The notes under the pieces were generated by a model that was not told the DNA's origin, did no database searches, and saw only the letters and a list, made by a program, of their open reading frames with translations. Made by a program: the position numbers and the translations under genes. From positions 197,053-261,052 of IMG/VR virus record IMGVR_UViG_3300042541_001760: DNA of 64,000 nt; one strand, written 5' to 3'. Position 1 is the first letter of the stretch; every line of letters begins with the position of its first letter. Shown piece after piece: positions 9,596-19,376 of the stretch.

Positions 9596-10219
9596 TTATT
9601 TCTTTAGTTTAATCTTCCAATAAATACTTCCTTGTAGTGATATTTGTTTGGAGTTATTTAGTCCAACACCAAGTCCGAATATTTTATCTTTCTTGTCTTT
9701 ATAAAGTAAAGATGGTCCTGCGTAATTAAGTATATTTACCTTATCAAATCCACCTGTAAGACCTAAATATATTTGTCGTTTAGCGGGTTCTTTTAAGAAT
9801 AAAGTGTCATTAATAATTCTTTCGGTTATTCTTGAAGTGAATTTTCTTGCGAATATTTTGTTCTCAACGACAGTATCTTCAATTGTAACATAAGAATCTT
9901 TACCTAAGTCCAATGTGTCTGTATAAAACCTTTTGGTAAAATAATCCATTAATATTAATTGTGTGTCAGCTTCTTGTGGAATATACTTTGGGACTTCAAC
10001 TTTAACTTTGATGGTTTTACCTTCCTTATATACGATTGTATCTCTTTTAATATAAATGGTGTCTCTTTTATTATCCACCACTTCGTATTTTTTTCCGTTC
10101 ACCTTTACGATGTCACCCTTATTAATTTCTTTCTTACCATTATCCCCATCACACATTCTCATTAATAGAACAACGATAATCAATCCAATAATTGCCAGTG
10201 TTTTAAAATCAAGTTTCAT
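9596..10219 (-). CDS. N-terminally membrane-anchored protein, candidate lysis accessory
   Basis: Single N-terminal hydrophobic helix followed by Cys (LLMRMC); beta-rich C-terminus ending in an aromatic-rich strand. Confidence 0.55.
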   Translation of the reverse strand: MKLDFKTLAIIGLIIVVLLMRMCDGDNGKKEINKGDIVKVNGKKYEVVDNKRDTIYIKRDTIVYKEGKTIKVKVEVPKYIPQEADTQLILMDYFTKRFYTDTLDLGKDSYVTIEDTVVENKIFARKFTSRITERIINDTLFLKEPAKRQIYLGLTGGFDKVNILNYAGPSLLYKDKKDKIFGLGVGLNNSKQISLQGSIYWKIKLKK

Positions 10220-10220
10220 A

Positions 10221-10847
10221 TTAGTCAGTTTTTTTTCTTGACGCGATTATTTTACCCCACTTAGATTTAAATTTTTCATAATATTGTCTAAGTTTTTGTA
10301 TCATTGAGTCAAAGTCCTGGTCAACTTTTACAGTTTCACAATTGATATACACTCCGTTTGTCTCTCCCACTCTAAAAATGAAATCCAAATCAAAATCAAT
10401 AATCTTACCTGACCACTCAGCACTATCGCTATATAGGTTTAATTGATTAAAGTCGGTCATTTCGGATACCTCGGATACAAATTCATCCATAGTTTCCTGA
10501 AACGCTTTTTTATCATCGGTAGTTAATTCCAAGGCCTTCTTATCGTTTCCGTGTATCATTAACACACCACCAGATATTCTATATCCTTGTTGTTTTGAAT
10601 CTTTATTATTATCTTTCTTATCTTCATCAAAATCTATTTCACTCTCCACAGATCCGGGAACATTAACTCTTTGAGTTATTTCGTCTCCTGTGTTCTCAAT
10701 ATCACCAGAGTCCTTAAATGTTTGTTCATTAATAATACCGTATTTTTTTTTGATACCATTAATATCCTCAGATATCTGAGTGTTATTTTTTTGAAGCATC
10801 TCTCTTGAGGCTTTCAATAATCTTTGTATTTCTTCGTGGTTACTCAT
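10221..10847 (-). CDS. Hypothetical putative virion protein
   Basis: 208-aa ORF with an INE|Q leader-like motif. Confidence 0.65.
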   Translation of the reverse strand: MSNHEEIQRLLKASREMLQKNNTQISEDINGIKKKYGIINEQTFKDSGDIENTGDEITQRVNVPGSVESEIDFDEDKKDNNKDSKQQGYRISGGVLMIHGNDKKALELTTDDKKAFQETMDEFVSEVSEMTDFNQLNLYSDSAEWSGKIIDFDLDFIFRVGETNGVYINCETVKVDQDFDSMIQKLRQYYEKFKSKWGKIIASRKKTD

Positions 10848-11436
10848 ATCCTATTAGTTCGTTAAATTTGTTAAAGTCAAATGCTGGACTCACATCAGTA
10901 AATATCACATCAAAGTTGCTTTTCGTAACAATACCTTCAAATTTTTCAATTCCTTCAAATTTTGTGTTATGCCCGACACTTCTTTTATTAATGGAGTGTT
11001 CTCCCATTAGTTTAATACATAGTTCTGCGGTCTTATTCATTTGTATATCGGTATATGGTTGCCAAAAGAAATAATCTCTCCATTTTTTTTCAAATACCTT
11101 ATCTTTATAAATATTACCAATCCAATTAATGTGATGGTCCTTTAATGGTTCTTTTTGTAACCAACCAAGATTCTCCAAACATATGATAATTGAGTTCCTA
11201 TTAACATTATCTACCTTGAAGAAGTTTGAATGTTCTGTGTCCGACATTAGTTTTAGTATGGTACCTTCTCGACTAATTACGTAATTTGGTATCTTATCGT
11301 AGTTACCATTAGCCCTAAATTTAAGGGATGTTAAATATTCACCGATCTCACGGGAAGTATGGCACAGGATTATTTGTTTCTTCTTTTTTTGTTTACCCGT
11401 AGCCTTGAAATCACCATAACTAATTATTTCAAACAT
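10840..11436 (-). CDS. N-acetylmuramoyl-L-alanine amidase (Amidase_2-like), possibly degenerate
   Basis: IILCHT, NYVISREGTI, NRNSIIICLE, VGHN and DVSPAFDF follow the Amidase_2 motif order. Confidence 0.75.
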   Translation of the reverse strand: MFEIISYGDFKATGKQKKKKQIILCHTSREIGEYLTSLKFRANGNYDKIPNYVISREGTILKLMSDTEHSNFFKVDNVNRNSIIICLENLGWLQKEPLKDHHINWIGNIYKDKVFEKKWRDYFFWQPYTDIQMNKTAELCIKLMGEHSINKRSVGHNTKFEGIEKFEGIVTKSNFDVIFTDVSPAFDFNKFNELIGYE

Positions 11437-12304
11437 CTCGTTTTGAATAACTTAATCTTTTTATGTTGGTATCGTTAGATAATTGGTCTTTAAGTTCATC
11501 TAAGTTTTGATTCTCAACCACAATCTCTTCGGTATGTTCTTCATGTATTTCCTCTACCGTTGGTTCAACAATCTCTTCGGTATGTTCTTCATGTATTTCC
11601 TCTACCGTTGGTTCAACAATCTCTTCAACCACCTCATCTTCAACTACAATATCCTTCACCTTTTCTTCCTCACCGAATTTTTCTTTTTGAATCACATCAA
11701 GATGTTTCTCCAATTTTTCAATAGTTTCTATTGTTATAGCGGGGGTAATAGTATTTACTTCCCTCTCAATAATACCCGCCTTACGAGATATTTCATCTAT
11801 TTGTTCTTCCGTTAGTTCGGTTGCGGTTTCAGTTATGGTTTCTTTATTTGAATAAACCACTAACATATGAGCAAATGTTAAAGATATGATGGGTAGTAAT
11901 CCACCACTGAATAAAGCCAAAATTAATTTATGTGTTGGTATATTAGTTGGGTCAATACCCATAGGTTCAAATAAAGGTCCAGCCATCTCCATCCATTGTT
12001 TGAATGTCTCGGATGTTTCCTGTATGTATGAATATGAAAAGAATAGGTTACCCACGAATTGAATAAAGGTTACCAATATGAAGGGGAAATATATGAACCT
12101 ACCCATCTTTACTGACACACCGGCAAGGGCTGATAGTGCGGCAATCTCAACCGCAACAGAAAGATATATAGCCCAAGCAAAAGGGTTTGTAATACCATAG
12201 AATGAAGTTACGTGTGATATAGACACAAAGGCAACTAACAATATAGGTATTACAAACGCCGTGGCAATTATACTCTTAAGATTTTTTTGAATCCAATTTT
12301 TCAT
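11429..12304 (-). CDS. Multi-pass membrane protein with acidic repeated tail
   Basis: About four hydrophobic helices in the N-terminal half; Glu-rich C-terminus. Confidence 0.75.
   Translation of the reverse strand: MKNWIQKNLKSIIATAFVIPILLVAFVSISHVTSFYGITNPFAWAIYLSVAVEIAALSALAGVSVKMGRFIYFPFILVTFIQFVGNLFFSYSYIQETSETFKQWMEMAGPLFEPMGIDPTNIPTHKLILALFSGGLLPIISLTFAHMLVVYSNKETITETATELTEEQIDEISRKAGIIEREVNTITPAITIETIEKLEKHLDVIQKEKFGEEEKVKDIVVEDEVVEEIVEPTVEEIHEEHTEEIVEPTVEEIHEEHTEEIVVENQNLDELKDQLSNDTNIKRLSYSKRDV
11521..11626. repeat. 48-bp tandem repeat, 2.2 copies, in frame (EEIVEPTVEEIHEEHT)
   Basis: caatctcttcggtatgttcttcatgtatttcctctaccgttggttcaa at 11521 and 11569, partial copy at 11617. Confidence 0.97.
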
Positions 12305-12308
12305 TTAA

Positions 12309-12584
12309 TCATTTGTCCATATTTTTATAGTAATTAACCGGAACTTTGTTTTTGTCCGATAATTCCTCAATCTCTAATGTTTTCCAATTAGGAGTTTCTT
12401 TAATAATCTTAACCATCTCGTTTGATTTAATAGAGGTAGAATCCATTTGATGTACCTTTTTGTTCAAACTTTCAATGTCCTTTTCAATTCTACCTAATTC
12501 GGATGCAGTTCCACACGTTCTTAGAAATATAAATAAACATAGAGTTAGTGTGGCAATGGTGAAGTAATTTTGATATTTTTCCAT
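12309..12584 (-). CDS. Small membrane-anchored coiled-coil protein (possible lipoprotein)
   Basis: N-terminal hydrophobic helix ending FLRTCG, then a heptad pattern. Confidence 0.6.
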   Translation of the reverse strand: MEKYQNYFTIATLTLCLFIFLRTCGTASELGRIEKDIESLNKKVHQMDSTSIKSNEMVKIIKETPNWKTLEIEELSDKNKVPVNYYKNMDK

Positions 12585-12613
12585 AAGTTTTTATTATATA
12601 AATAGATTAGATT

Positions 12614-13414
12614 TTACATATATTCAAAAAGAACCGAACTTTCATTTCGTAATTTACGAAGAGCCTTCTCTTTAATCTGTCTCACACGTTCTTTAGTAAG
12701 ATTGAAGTCGTCACCGATGTCCTCCAAAGTTCTTGGTGTCCCCGTTAGACCGAAATAATCCTCAATGATGGATCTCTCTCTTTTGTCCAAAATACCTAAC
12801 ACATCCATAAGTTTTTCTTTCAACTTATCTTTGGTATCAAAACCATCGTCAGGCATTACACAATTCTCATTTACGATTACATCAATAAGTGTATCTCCGT
12901 CTTCATTAATCTCGTCGTTAAGATTGACCATTGAAGGTAGTGAGGTGAACTTATCGGACAATTGCTTGCCATTGTTCTCAACCTCTTTTTTAGCTCGTTG
13001 TAGGTCTTGTACGACATTAACAGGGAGTCGTATGGTTCTTGCGTTCTCGTTAAGAGATTGGAGAATACATTGACGAACCCACCATACCGCATATGATATA
13101 AATCGTAGGTTCTTATTCCAATCAAAATTCTCAATGGCTTTAATCAATCCCATATTACCTTCGGCAATTAAATCGGGGAATGGTAATCCTTGATTCTGAT
13201 ATTGTTTTGCCACGGTAATAACAAAACGTAAATTACCTTCAACTAACTCCTGATGTATCTCATCTTTCTGTCTATCTGTTAGGTTTCCTGTGGCCATCAT
13301 AGCAGCCAACTCACGTTCTCTATCAGGTGTCATAACCTTAATCTTTCTTAGATCTTTAAGATAAGATTGAATCTCGTCTTGGTTGATCGGTATTCCTGTG
13401 TTTTTCTCTCTCAT
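12614..13414 (-). CDS. Sigma-70 family RNA polymerase sigma factor, Bacteroidota sigma-A-like
   Basis: Region 2 NLRFVITVAKQYQNQGL...FISYAVWWVRQ; region 4 TLEDIG...LTKERVRQIKEKALRKLR; no region 1.1. Confidence 0.95.
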   Translation of the reverse strand: MREKNTGIPINQDEIQSYLKDLRKIKVMTPDRERELAAMMATGNLTDRQKDEIHQELVEGNLRFVITVAKQYQNQGLPFPDLIAEGNMGLIKAIENFDWNKNLRFISYAVWWVRQCILQSLNENARTIRLPVNVVQDLQRAKKEVENNGKQLSDKFTSLPSMVNLNDEINEDGDTLIDVIVNENCVMPDDGFDTKDKLKEKLMDVLGILDKRERSIIEDYFGLTGTPRTLEDIGDDFNLTKERVRQIKEKALRKLRNESSVLFEYM

Positions 13415-13418
13415 ATGA

Positions 13419-13934
13419 TTATTTTGAATATTGGTGTAAGGTTTGTTTTTCTTTTTTGGTTAATGACTCAATTCCTTTATTACTTATCTTCTCTAATATT
13501 TCATCCAAAGATAACACTTTTTCGGGAATAATGGTCTCTTGATAATCATCGTTTGTTAAACTTAATACTTCGTTAATGGTATCATAATCTTGTTGTAACT
13601 CAGGGTTAACATTATTATAATTATCCAGAAATCCGATTCCGTCATCCTCTAAGTCAAAAAGATGTTCAAAAATTTGTGTTGGCATCTGACAAGATATCTC
13701 ACCCTCGTACGGCACCAACATATATATGATACATTCGTTTGATACGACAGAGTGGATAAATTGTTTTAATTTAAAGAAATCTTCATTGGATTTGAAGTGG
13801 AATATACTACTACTCTCACCATAACTAAATTTTACGTTTTTAGAGTCGGAGACATCGACAATTTTCTTAGCCATTCTCTCAACACCTGATTCATCGTTTT
13901 TAACTTGACCGAATATAGATAATAGATATTTCAT
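13419..13934 (-). CDS. Hypothetical protein with DUF6576-like C-terminal motif
   Basis: Ends LDEILEKISNKGIESLTKKEKQTL. Confidence 0.65.
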   Translation of the reverse strand: MKYLLSIFGQVKNDESGVERMAKKIVDVSDSKNVKFSYGESSSIFHFKSNEDFFKLKQFIHSVVSNECIIYMLVPYEGEISCQMPTQIFEHLFDLEDDGIGFLDNYNNVNPELQQDYDTINEVLSLTNDDYQETIIPEKVLSLDEILEKISNKGIESLTKKEKQTLHQYSK

Positions 13935-13989
13935 AGTTATTTATTATTTTACAAATGTAATGATATTTATCGTGATAAACAAACTTATT

Positions 13990-14631
13990 ATGAATAAAAG
14001 AATATCAATTACAAGAGACCAACTGGTTGAACATATTAGAAAATCAATTTCTAAAAATTTAATGGAACAGGACTATTCGTCCGATATAAATAGACCAACT
14101 CAACCTAGAGAAAAAGGGGTTAAGACAATATTTGGTGATAAGTATTCAAGATATATTCCAAATGATGTTATTCGTTATATGAGAAAGAACCCGGCTCTTA
14201 TATTTGAAAGGTTATTTGAACTATATGGTGAGGACGCCTATATGTATTTAGATAAAGCAAAAGAAAAGATGGGTGATTCACCTGAACCTATGATGGAACA
14301 AGATATGGATGATGATTACGATGATGAAGATGAGGAAGAAGAACAGGATCCATTGATGGACACATTAAAAGATGTTGTTAACAACAATGGTGAATTCAGT
14401 GAAAGTGACATTGATGACATTAATGATTATGGGGGTTCTAAAAGATCGTTTAGAGGTTCAATTTATTTAGATGGAATGGTACCCGAAACTGACGATAAAG
14501 AATTTGATAGAAAAGTGGCAATTAAAATTATGGAGTTCTTCGCATCAGGACTGAACATTAACAGATATGTCGGTGGTGTTGGTTTCAAACAACGAAGTAT
14601 GACAAACCCATTTGATAACGAGAATTTTTAA
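13990..14631 (+). CDS. Acidic putative virion protein
   Basis: Likely ATG 13990 after TATTTAT; leader ending LME|Q; Asp/Glu-rich linker. Confidence 0.7.
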   Translation: MNKRISITRDQLVEHIRKSISKNLMEQDYSSDINRPTQPREKGVKTIFGDKYSRYIPNDVIRYMRKNPALIFERLFELYGEDAYMYLDKAKEKMGDSPEPMMEQDMDDDYDDEDEEEEQDPLMDTLKDVVNNNGEFSESDIDDINDYGGSKRSFRGSIYLDGMVPETDDKEFDRKVAIKIMEFFASGLNINRYVGGVGFKQRSMTNPFDNENF

Positions 14632-14638
14632 AATATAA

Positions 14639-14665
14639 GCCCCACCCTAAGAGTGGGGTTTTTTT
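14639..14665 (+). terminator. Intrinsic terminator
   Basis: CCCCAC-CCTAAGA-GTGGGG hairpin followed by a T run, just after the stop at 14631. Confidence 0.85.
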
Positions 14666-14725
14666 ATATCATTATTTTTCGTATATTTGTAAAATTAAAT
14701 TAGTGTTAACCTTTTAAAATATAAA

Positions 14726-15343
14726 ATGAAAAACATATTATTTTTAGATGAACAAATTAAAAGAATCTACGAAGTGTCATATACTATTTCGGAATCAAGA
14801 GGTAAGAATAGACAGAACATTATTAATGATGTGGTAATAGAATCCTTAAAATCCGATATATACTATAATGATTGTGTGTTTAAAAAAGAAGTTATAATCC
14901 CCGGAACAAAATTACTATGGGGTAAATACTTTCCTGTTGATATATGCGTATATAAAGATAATACTCTAATTGAGATTATTTTAAATAAGGCGCCTTCATC
15001 AAATATAAAGCAAAATAGAATTAATTCACTTAATGGTATTAATTCAGACATAACAAGATTATCTAAATTAGAAAATATAAAAATTTCTTTAATTAATTTT
15101 TTACCTAAGATATCCCCTTTCTTTAAAAGAGATGAAAGTATTAAATCTTTTGAGAAAAATGAGCCTTTTTTCTTATCTACTTCTGGCGCCTTTTATAAAT
15201 TCGATGTTGATGAAATATATGTTACTTTTGAAATTAATAATTTATATAAATGTAATTCAAAAGTTGATGTTAGAAATTTATTTTTGGTGAATCCTATAAA
15301 AAATGTGAATTTAATTCAAAAAAATTATAAAAGTTTAACTTAA
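14726..15343 (+). CDS. Putative PD-(D/E)XK restriction endonuclease
   Basis: VDICVY...IILNKAPSSNIKQN resembles a nuclease core; convergent and overlapping with a methyltransferase. Confidence 0.55.
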   Translation: MKNILFLDEQIKRIYEVSYTISESRGKNRQNIINDVVIESLKSDIYYNDCVFKKEVIIPGTKLLWGKYFPVDICVYKDNTLIEIILNKAPSSNIKQNRINSLNGINSDITRLSKLENIKISLINFLPKISPFFKRDESIKSFEKNEPFFLSTSGAFYKFDVDEIYVTFEINNLYKCNSKVDVRNLFLVNPIKNVNLIQKNYKSLT

Positions 15344-16788
15344 TAAGTATAACTCTTTATAGTTGTGGTGGATACACTCAACCAAACATCATCAGATTTA
15401 CTTTTATCTGATAAAATTTTATTATTTAACTCACAAAAACTATGGAAATTACCACTTGAGATTATTTTAACGAACTCTTCTTTCATTCCTTTTTTAATAT
15501 CGATTAACAATCCAGACATAACTAGACAATTTTCTTTTTCGGGTATTTCAATATAATGTATGTTTCTTGATCTTAGGAATGTTAATGGTAGTATTATGTA
15601 ATCACCTTTTTTTTCTTTTAGTAATCCTTGCCTTCTACCGTAAGCATACCAAGTATCATAATTTGACGTTTTTCCTTTATCTCTTGATAATAAATCATTT
15701 TTTCTACTTAAAAGATAATCATAACAAAATGGATAATCTCGTTTAAGGTTATTTTCATTTATTATTTCACCATTTACGTAAGGATATATGATGTATTTAT
15801 ACTCGCTAAAATTTCTACTTGTGGTTGCTTTTATATATTTTTTACAAATGTTTTTTTCTATTTTAAAACCATTCTTATAACAAAAATCCTCGTCATTATA
15901 ATCCATTTTAAAAACATCGTCCTTTATTGTTGCCAATCCACCAGAATAATAATTAACCATATCACTTAGTTTATTGTTACCGTATTTTATTTCCTCAAAT
16001 ATCCATTTGTTAAGAGATAAATCTTTTTTGTTTTTAATAATATTTAATTTATTTGTTTCATATAAAACAACATCAGAAATATTTTCTTCACATATAACTA
16101 TTGATGTGTAGGTTGATATATTATCCCATACTTTTTCATTCTTAAAATCATAAATATATGATACTCGTTCTTTTATTATTTCTCTTATAAAAGACCCTGA
16201 TTTATTTTTTATAAAAGAATTTGGTATAATAAAACCTACTTTTTTTGAATGTATTAATGATTTTTCCAAAAAAGCATAATATAAATCAATATTACCTAAT
16301 GAAATTGATTTTAACTCTCCTTTTAACGAATTTAAATAATCTTTGTTTATATTTTGAATTCGGACATATGGTGGATTTCCAAGTATAACATCATAATCCA
16401 TTTTCTGTATTAGAAAATCACCTTGTATAATATTATTAAATGATAATTCACCATCATGTTTAAAATATTCAAAATACCCATTTAATAGTAATTTAAATTC
16501 ATTAAGAAAATCTTTATTTATATCATAACAGAATAAATTATTATTTACAAAATTGGCAATTTCCTTTATAGAATAATCTTTTTGTCTGAAAAACTCTAAT
16601 AGTGAAAAAACGAAAACTCCTTTACCGACACTTGGCTCACAGATAATTTCATTTATTTTTGGATTAATTCTATTAATAATAATATCACATATGGTTTTGT
16701 CTGTGAAAACAACACCATTTTCTTTAATGGATTTTTTATCTTTCTGATTAAAGTAACTTGAATTACTTATTATTTTGTCTAAATTCAT
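15340..16788 (-). CDS. Type II (Eco57I/TaqI-like) N6-adenine DNA methyltransferase
   Basis: Motif I EPSVGKGVF, motif IV GNPPYVRIQ, GNIDLYYAFLE, GFIIPNSF, then a target-recognition region. Confidence 0.92.
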   Translation of the reverse strand: MNLDKIISNSSYFNQKDKKSIKENGVVFTDKTICDIIINRINPKINEIICEPSVGKGVFVFSLLEFFRQKDYSIKEIANFVNNNLFCYDINKDFLNEFKLLLNGYFEYFKHDGELSFNNIIQGDFLIQKMDYDVILGNPPYVRIQNINKDYLNSLKGELKSISLGNIDLYYAFLEKSLIHSKKVGFIIPNSFIKNKSGSFIREIIKERVSYIYDFKNEKVWDNISTYTSIVICEENISDVVLYETNKLNIIKNKKDLSLNKWIFEEIKYGNNKLSDMVNYYSGGLATIKDDVFKMDYNDEDFCYKNGFKIEKNICKKYIKATTSRNFSEYKYIIYPYVNGEIINENNLKRDYPFCYDYLLSRKNDLLSRDKGKTSNYDTWYAYGRRQGLLKEKKGDYIILPLTFLRSRNIHYIEIPEKENCLVMSGLLIDIKKGMKEEFVKIISSGNFHSFCELNNKILSDKSKSDDVWLSVSTTTIKSYTY

Positions 16789-16826
16789 AGATTATTTATT
16801 TTTATAAATATTAGTTTAAACCACTA

Positions 16827-19157
16827 TTATTGAGTAATCCTACTAATATTATTTTCTTTTGTGATTCTTATTACGTTGTCCGCCCAATTAGTGATTAGAG
16901 GATTGTGAGTTATGACGAATATCTTCTCAAAATAATCCTTAATCTTAACGAAGAATTCATATACCATATCTAAGTTGTCATTGGATATTTTACCGAACAC
17001 CTCATCCATAACATTTATATTAGGTTTTGGTAATGAACATACCTTACTTAATACCGATCTTAATGCTAGTGAAGCAATCGTCTTTTCATACCCACTACCT
17101 GATGACATCAACTTCTCTACCTGAGTATCGTTATCAATCATAATAAACTCAACTTCATTCTTATCGTTGATTCTGACTTCAAGTTTGAACTGACAACTAT
17201 CTTCCAATAATCTTTGTAACTCAGAATTAATAATTGGTATCATTGTTTTCATAATCAACTTTGATATACCGTTCTTACCATAGACCTCCAAATAAAGTTT
17301 ATAATACTTTTCTCTTTCTGACTCTTCGGATATCTTTTGAATAAGTGTCATATTTTCCACAATCTTATTATTAAGAGTTTGAGTTTGATATGTTAGATTC
17401 GTTATCTCCCTATCTATCTTATTCTCTTCCATATTAAGTTCGTCCATACGGATGTTCGCCTTAATTATCTGACTTTCAATTTTAAGGTTCTGTTCAATCT
17501 TGGTTTGAATTTGATTATACCGGTTTAACTTGTCCTTAATCGCATCAATTTTAAGATTATTACTTTCAATATTAACCTCGTATTTCTCTTTGATTAACTT
17601 GTTTTTCTCGTATTCATTAAACTCTTTCTTAAGTTGAACGAAACCCTTCTCTTTGCCCGATAAATCAAGCATTAACTCGGTTATTTGACCATAATGCTGG
17701 TTATATGAGGCAAGTTCCCCCAATTTTGTCTTGGTAATTTCCGCATTTAATAACTCAATTCCGCAGTGTTCACACTTGATTCCACCCGATACAGATTTCG
17801 CCAACTCATTAAGGTTTGCGATTTTGGTTTCCGTTTCAATCTTCTTAACAAGTTGTTCGTTATACTCTTCCTTTACCTTGTCGTGTTTGTCCTCGTGATA
17901 AAATGAGGATGGTTCAACAACATTAATCTTGGATAGGTCTTCAATTAACTTTTTATTGGTATAGTCAATCTGTGTGATGTCCTCGTTAAGTTTGGTTGGA
18001 TTAAGGATGGCAATTGCGTTGTCAATGTCATTATGTTTCTGAGAAACTAATCCATCTCTATAGTCCTGACCCTTCTTAATTCTTCCCTTAACATCCTCCA
18101 ATTGTTCTTGGTGTTTTATTAGGGTTTCATTGTTTTCGGTAATCTTTGTCTTGGCCGATTCAATATCCTGTTTCAATTGTTCGGTGTTATAAACATTGGA
18201 CAACATAGATTTTGAATATTTACTATACAAATCTTTACCTATCTCCTCTTTTTTCTTTAGAGATTCCAAACCAAGAAACCTTGATAATACCTGACCCCTT
18301 GCGGTTGGTTTGGCGTCAATTAAATCCTCCAAATTAGATCCTGTGGTTAGAATGGTTGTTAAGAAGTCGTCCATCTCACCGATTGATGTTTTGATAAACT
18401 TTTCTGTCTCAACTCTTTGTTCCCCCGTGAAATTCTGTAAACTTCCGTCGGACAACTTTTTAAAGAAGTCCAACGTAGTTTTTACATTCCATTCACCGGC
18501 TTTTGACATTTTTCTCTCAATGGTTCTGATAATCAAATAGTTATCACCATCAATCATAATATCACCACGAACTGACACCTTGTTCTTATCTGTAAATCTA
18601 TTAAAGATTTCTTCTGCCTTTTGCGTCTTTGTTGTCGTGTTAAAGAATAGGAATAGTAATAAGTCAACGGTAAGGACGGTCTTACCCCCAAAATTAGGTG
18701 GATTTGATTCTACAACGGTAATACCATTACATAAGTCAAAATCAATCACCTGATCCTCACCATACGATAAGAAATTGGAGAACTCTATCTTTTTAACAAA
18801 CCACTTCTTAAATGGTGTTACTTCGGACTGGTCTAATACCAATTCATTCTCAACTTGGGCATCAATTCTCAATACCTCCGGTAGATAATCCTCTGCCGAT
18901 TTTGAGATTAGAAAGTTCTTCATCAACTCCTGTTGATAATTTTTATCCAAGATGTTAAACGATATGTCAACCGATTGAGTCGTATCCTCCGATGTCTTAA
19001 CCTTAGTTATAACATTAACATTATTTGAAGCGTATTTTTTTTGGAAGTATTGTTTTACACTTTTGATTTTCTCTTGTGTGAAATTCTCAGGTGCATCTTC
19101 CCACACCACTTTGACGTAGGGATTCTCCAATTCGGATATATCCAAATTATGTTTCAT
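16827..19157 (-). CDS. SbcC/Rad50/gp46-like ABC ATPase with an extra N-terminal domain
   Basis: KIEFSNFLSYG, P-loop variant NPPNFGGKT, coiled coil with CEHC hook, signature variant SGSGYE, MDEVFG and ITHN. ATG 19157 preferred over track start 19241. Confidence 0.92.
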   Translation of the reverse strand: MKHNLDISELENPYVKVVWEDAPENFTQEKIKSVKQYFQKKYASNNVNVITKVKTSEDTTQSVDISFNILDKNYQQELMKNFLISKSAEDYLPEVLRIDAQVENELVLDQSEVTPFKKWFVKKIEFSNFLSYGEDQVIDFDLCNGITVVESNPPNFGGKTVLTVDLLLFLFFNTTTKTQKAEEIFNRFTDKNKVSVRGDIMIDGDNYLIIRTIERKMSKAGEWNVKTTLDFFKKLSDGSLQNFTGEQRVETEKFIKTSIGEMDDFLTTILTTGSNLEDLIDAKPTARGQVLSRFLGLESLKKKEEIGKDLYSKYSKSMLSNVYNTEQLKQDIESAKTKITENNETLIKHQEQLEDVKGRIKKGQDYRDGLVSQKHNDIDNAIAILNPTKLNEDITQIDYTNKKLIEDLSKINVVEPSSFYHEDKHDKVKEEYNEQLVKKIETETKIANLNELAKSVSGGIKCEHCGIELLNAEITKTKLGELASYNQHYGQITELMLDLSGKEKGFVQLKKEFNEYEKNKLIKEKYEVNIESNNLKIDAIKDKLNRYNQIQTKIEQNLKIESQIIKANIRMDELNMEENKIDREITNLTYQTQTLNNKIVENMTLIQKISEESEREKYYKLYLEVYGKNGISKLIMKTMIPIINSELQRLLEDSCQFKLEVRINDKNEVEFIMIDNDTQVEKLMSSGSGYEKTIASLALRSVLSKVCSLPKPNINVMDEVFGKISNDNLDMVYEFFVKIKDYFEKIFVITHNPLITNWADNVIRITKENNISRITQ

Positions 19158-19167
19158 GTTTTCGTAA

Positions 19168-19359
19168 TTAAAGTTCTTGGGCGGATTGAATAAGTCCAGT
19201 GTCTTCCGTGTCACCAGATGGTGTTGTTTTGAGTTCCTCAAGTTGTTTTGCCATTAATTGTTCAAATGATTTTTGGAAATGTGCTTTTTCGGCGCCGATT
19301 CTCTGAGTTCTTGCCTTTGATTTCGCTTTGTGGTTTTTTCTGTTTTTAGATGTTGGCAT
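19168..19359 (-). CDS. Small basic protein
   Basis: 63 aa, K/R-rich N-terminus (MPTSKNRKNHKAKSKARTQR). Confidence 0.6.
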   Translation of the reverse strand: MPTSKNRKNHKAKSKARTQRIGAEKAHFQKSFEQLMAKQLEELKTTPSGDTEDTGLIQSAQEL

Positions 19360-19376
19360 GATATATAAAATTTAAA

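Noticed and set aside
19158-19241. Track start of the SbcC-like gene at 19241
   Set aside because: It overlaps the 63-aa gene; ATG 19157 just downstream of that stop is more plausible. Similar over-extensions apply to 4560, 13960, 20978 and 24339.
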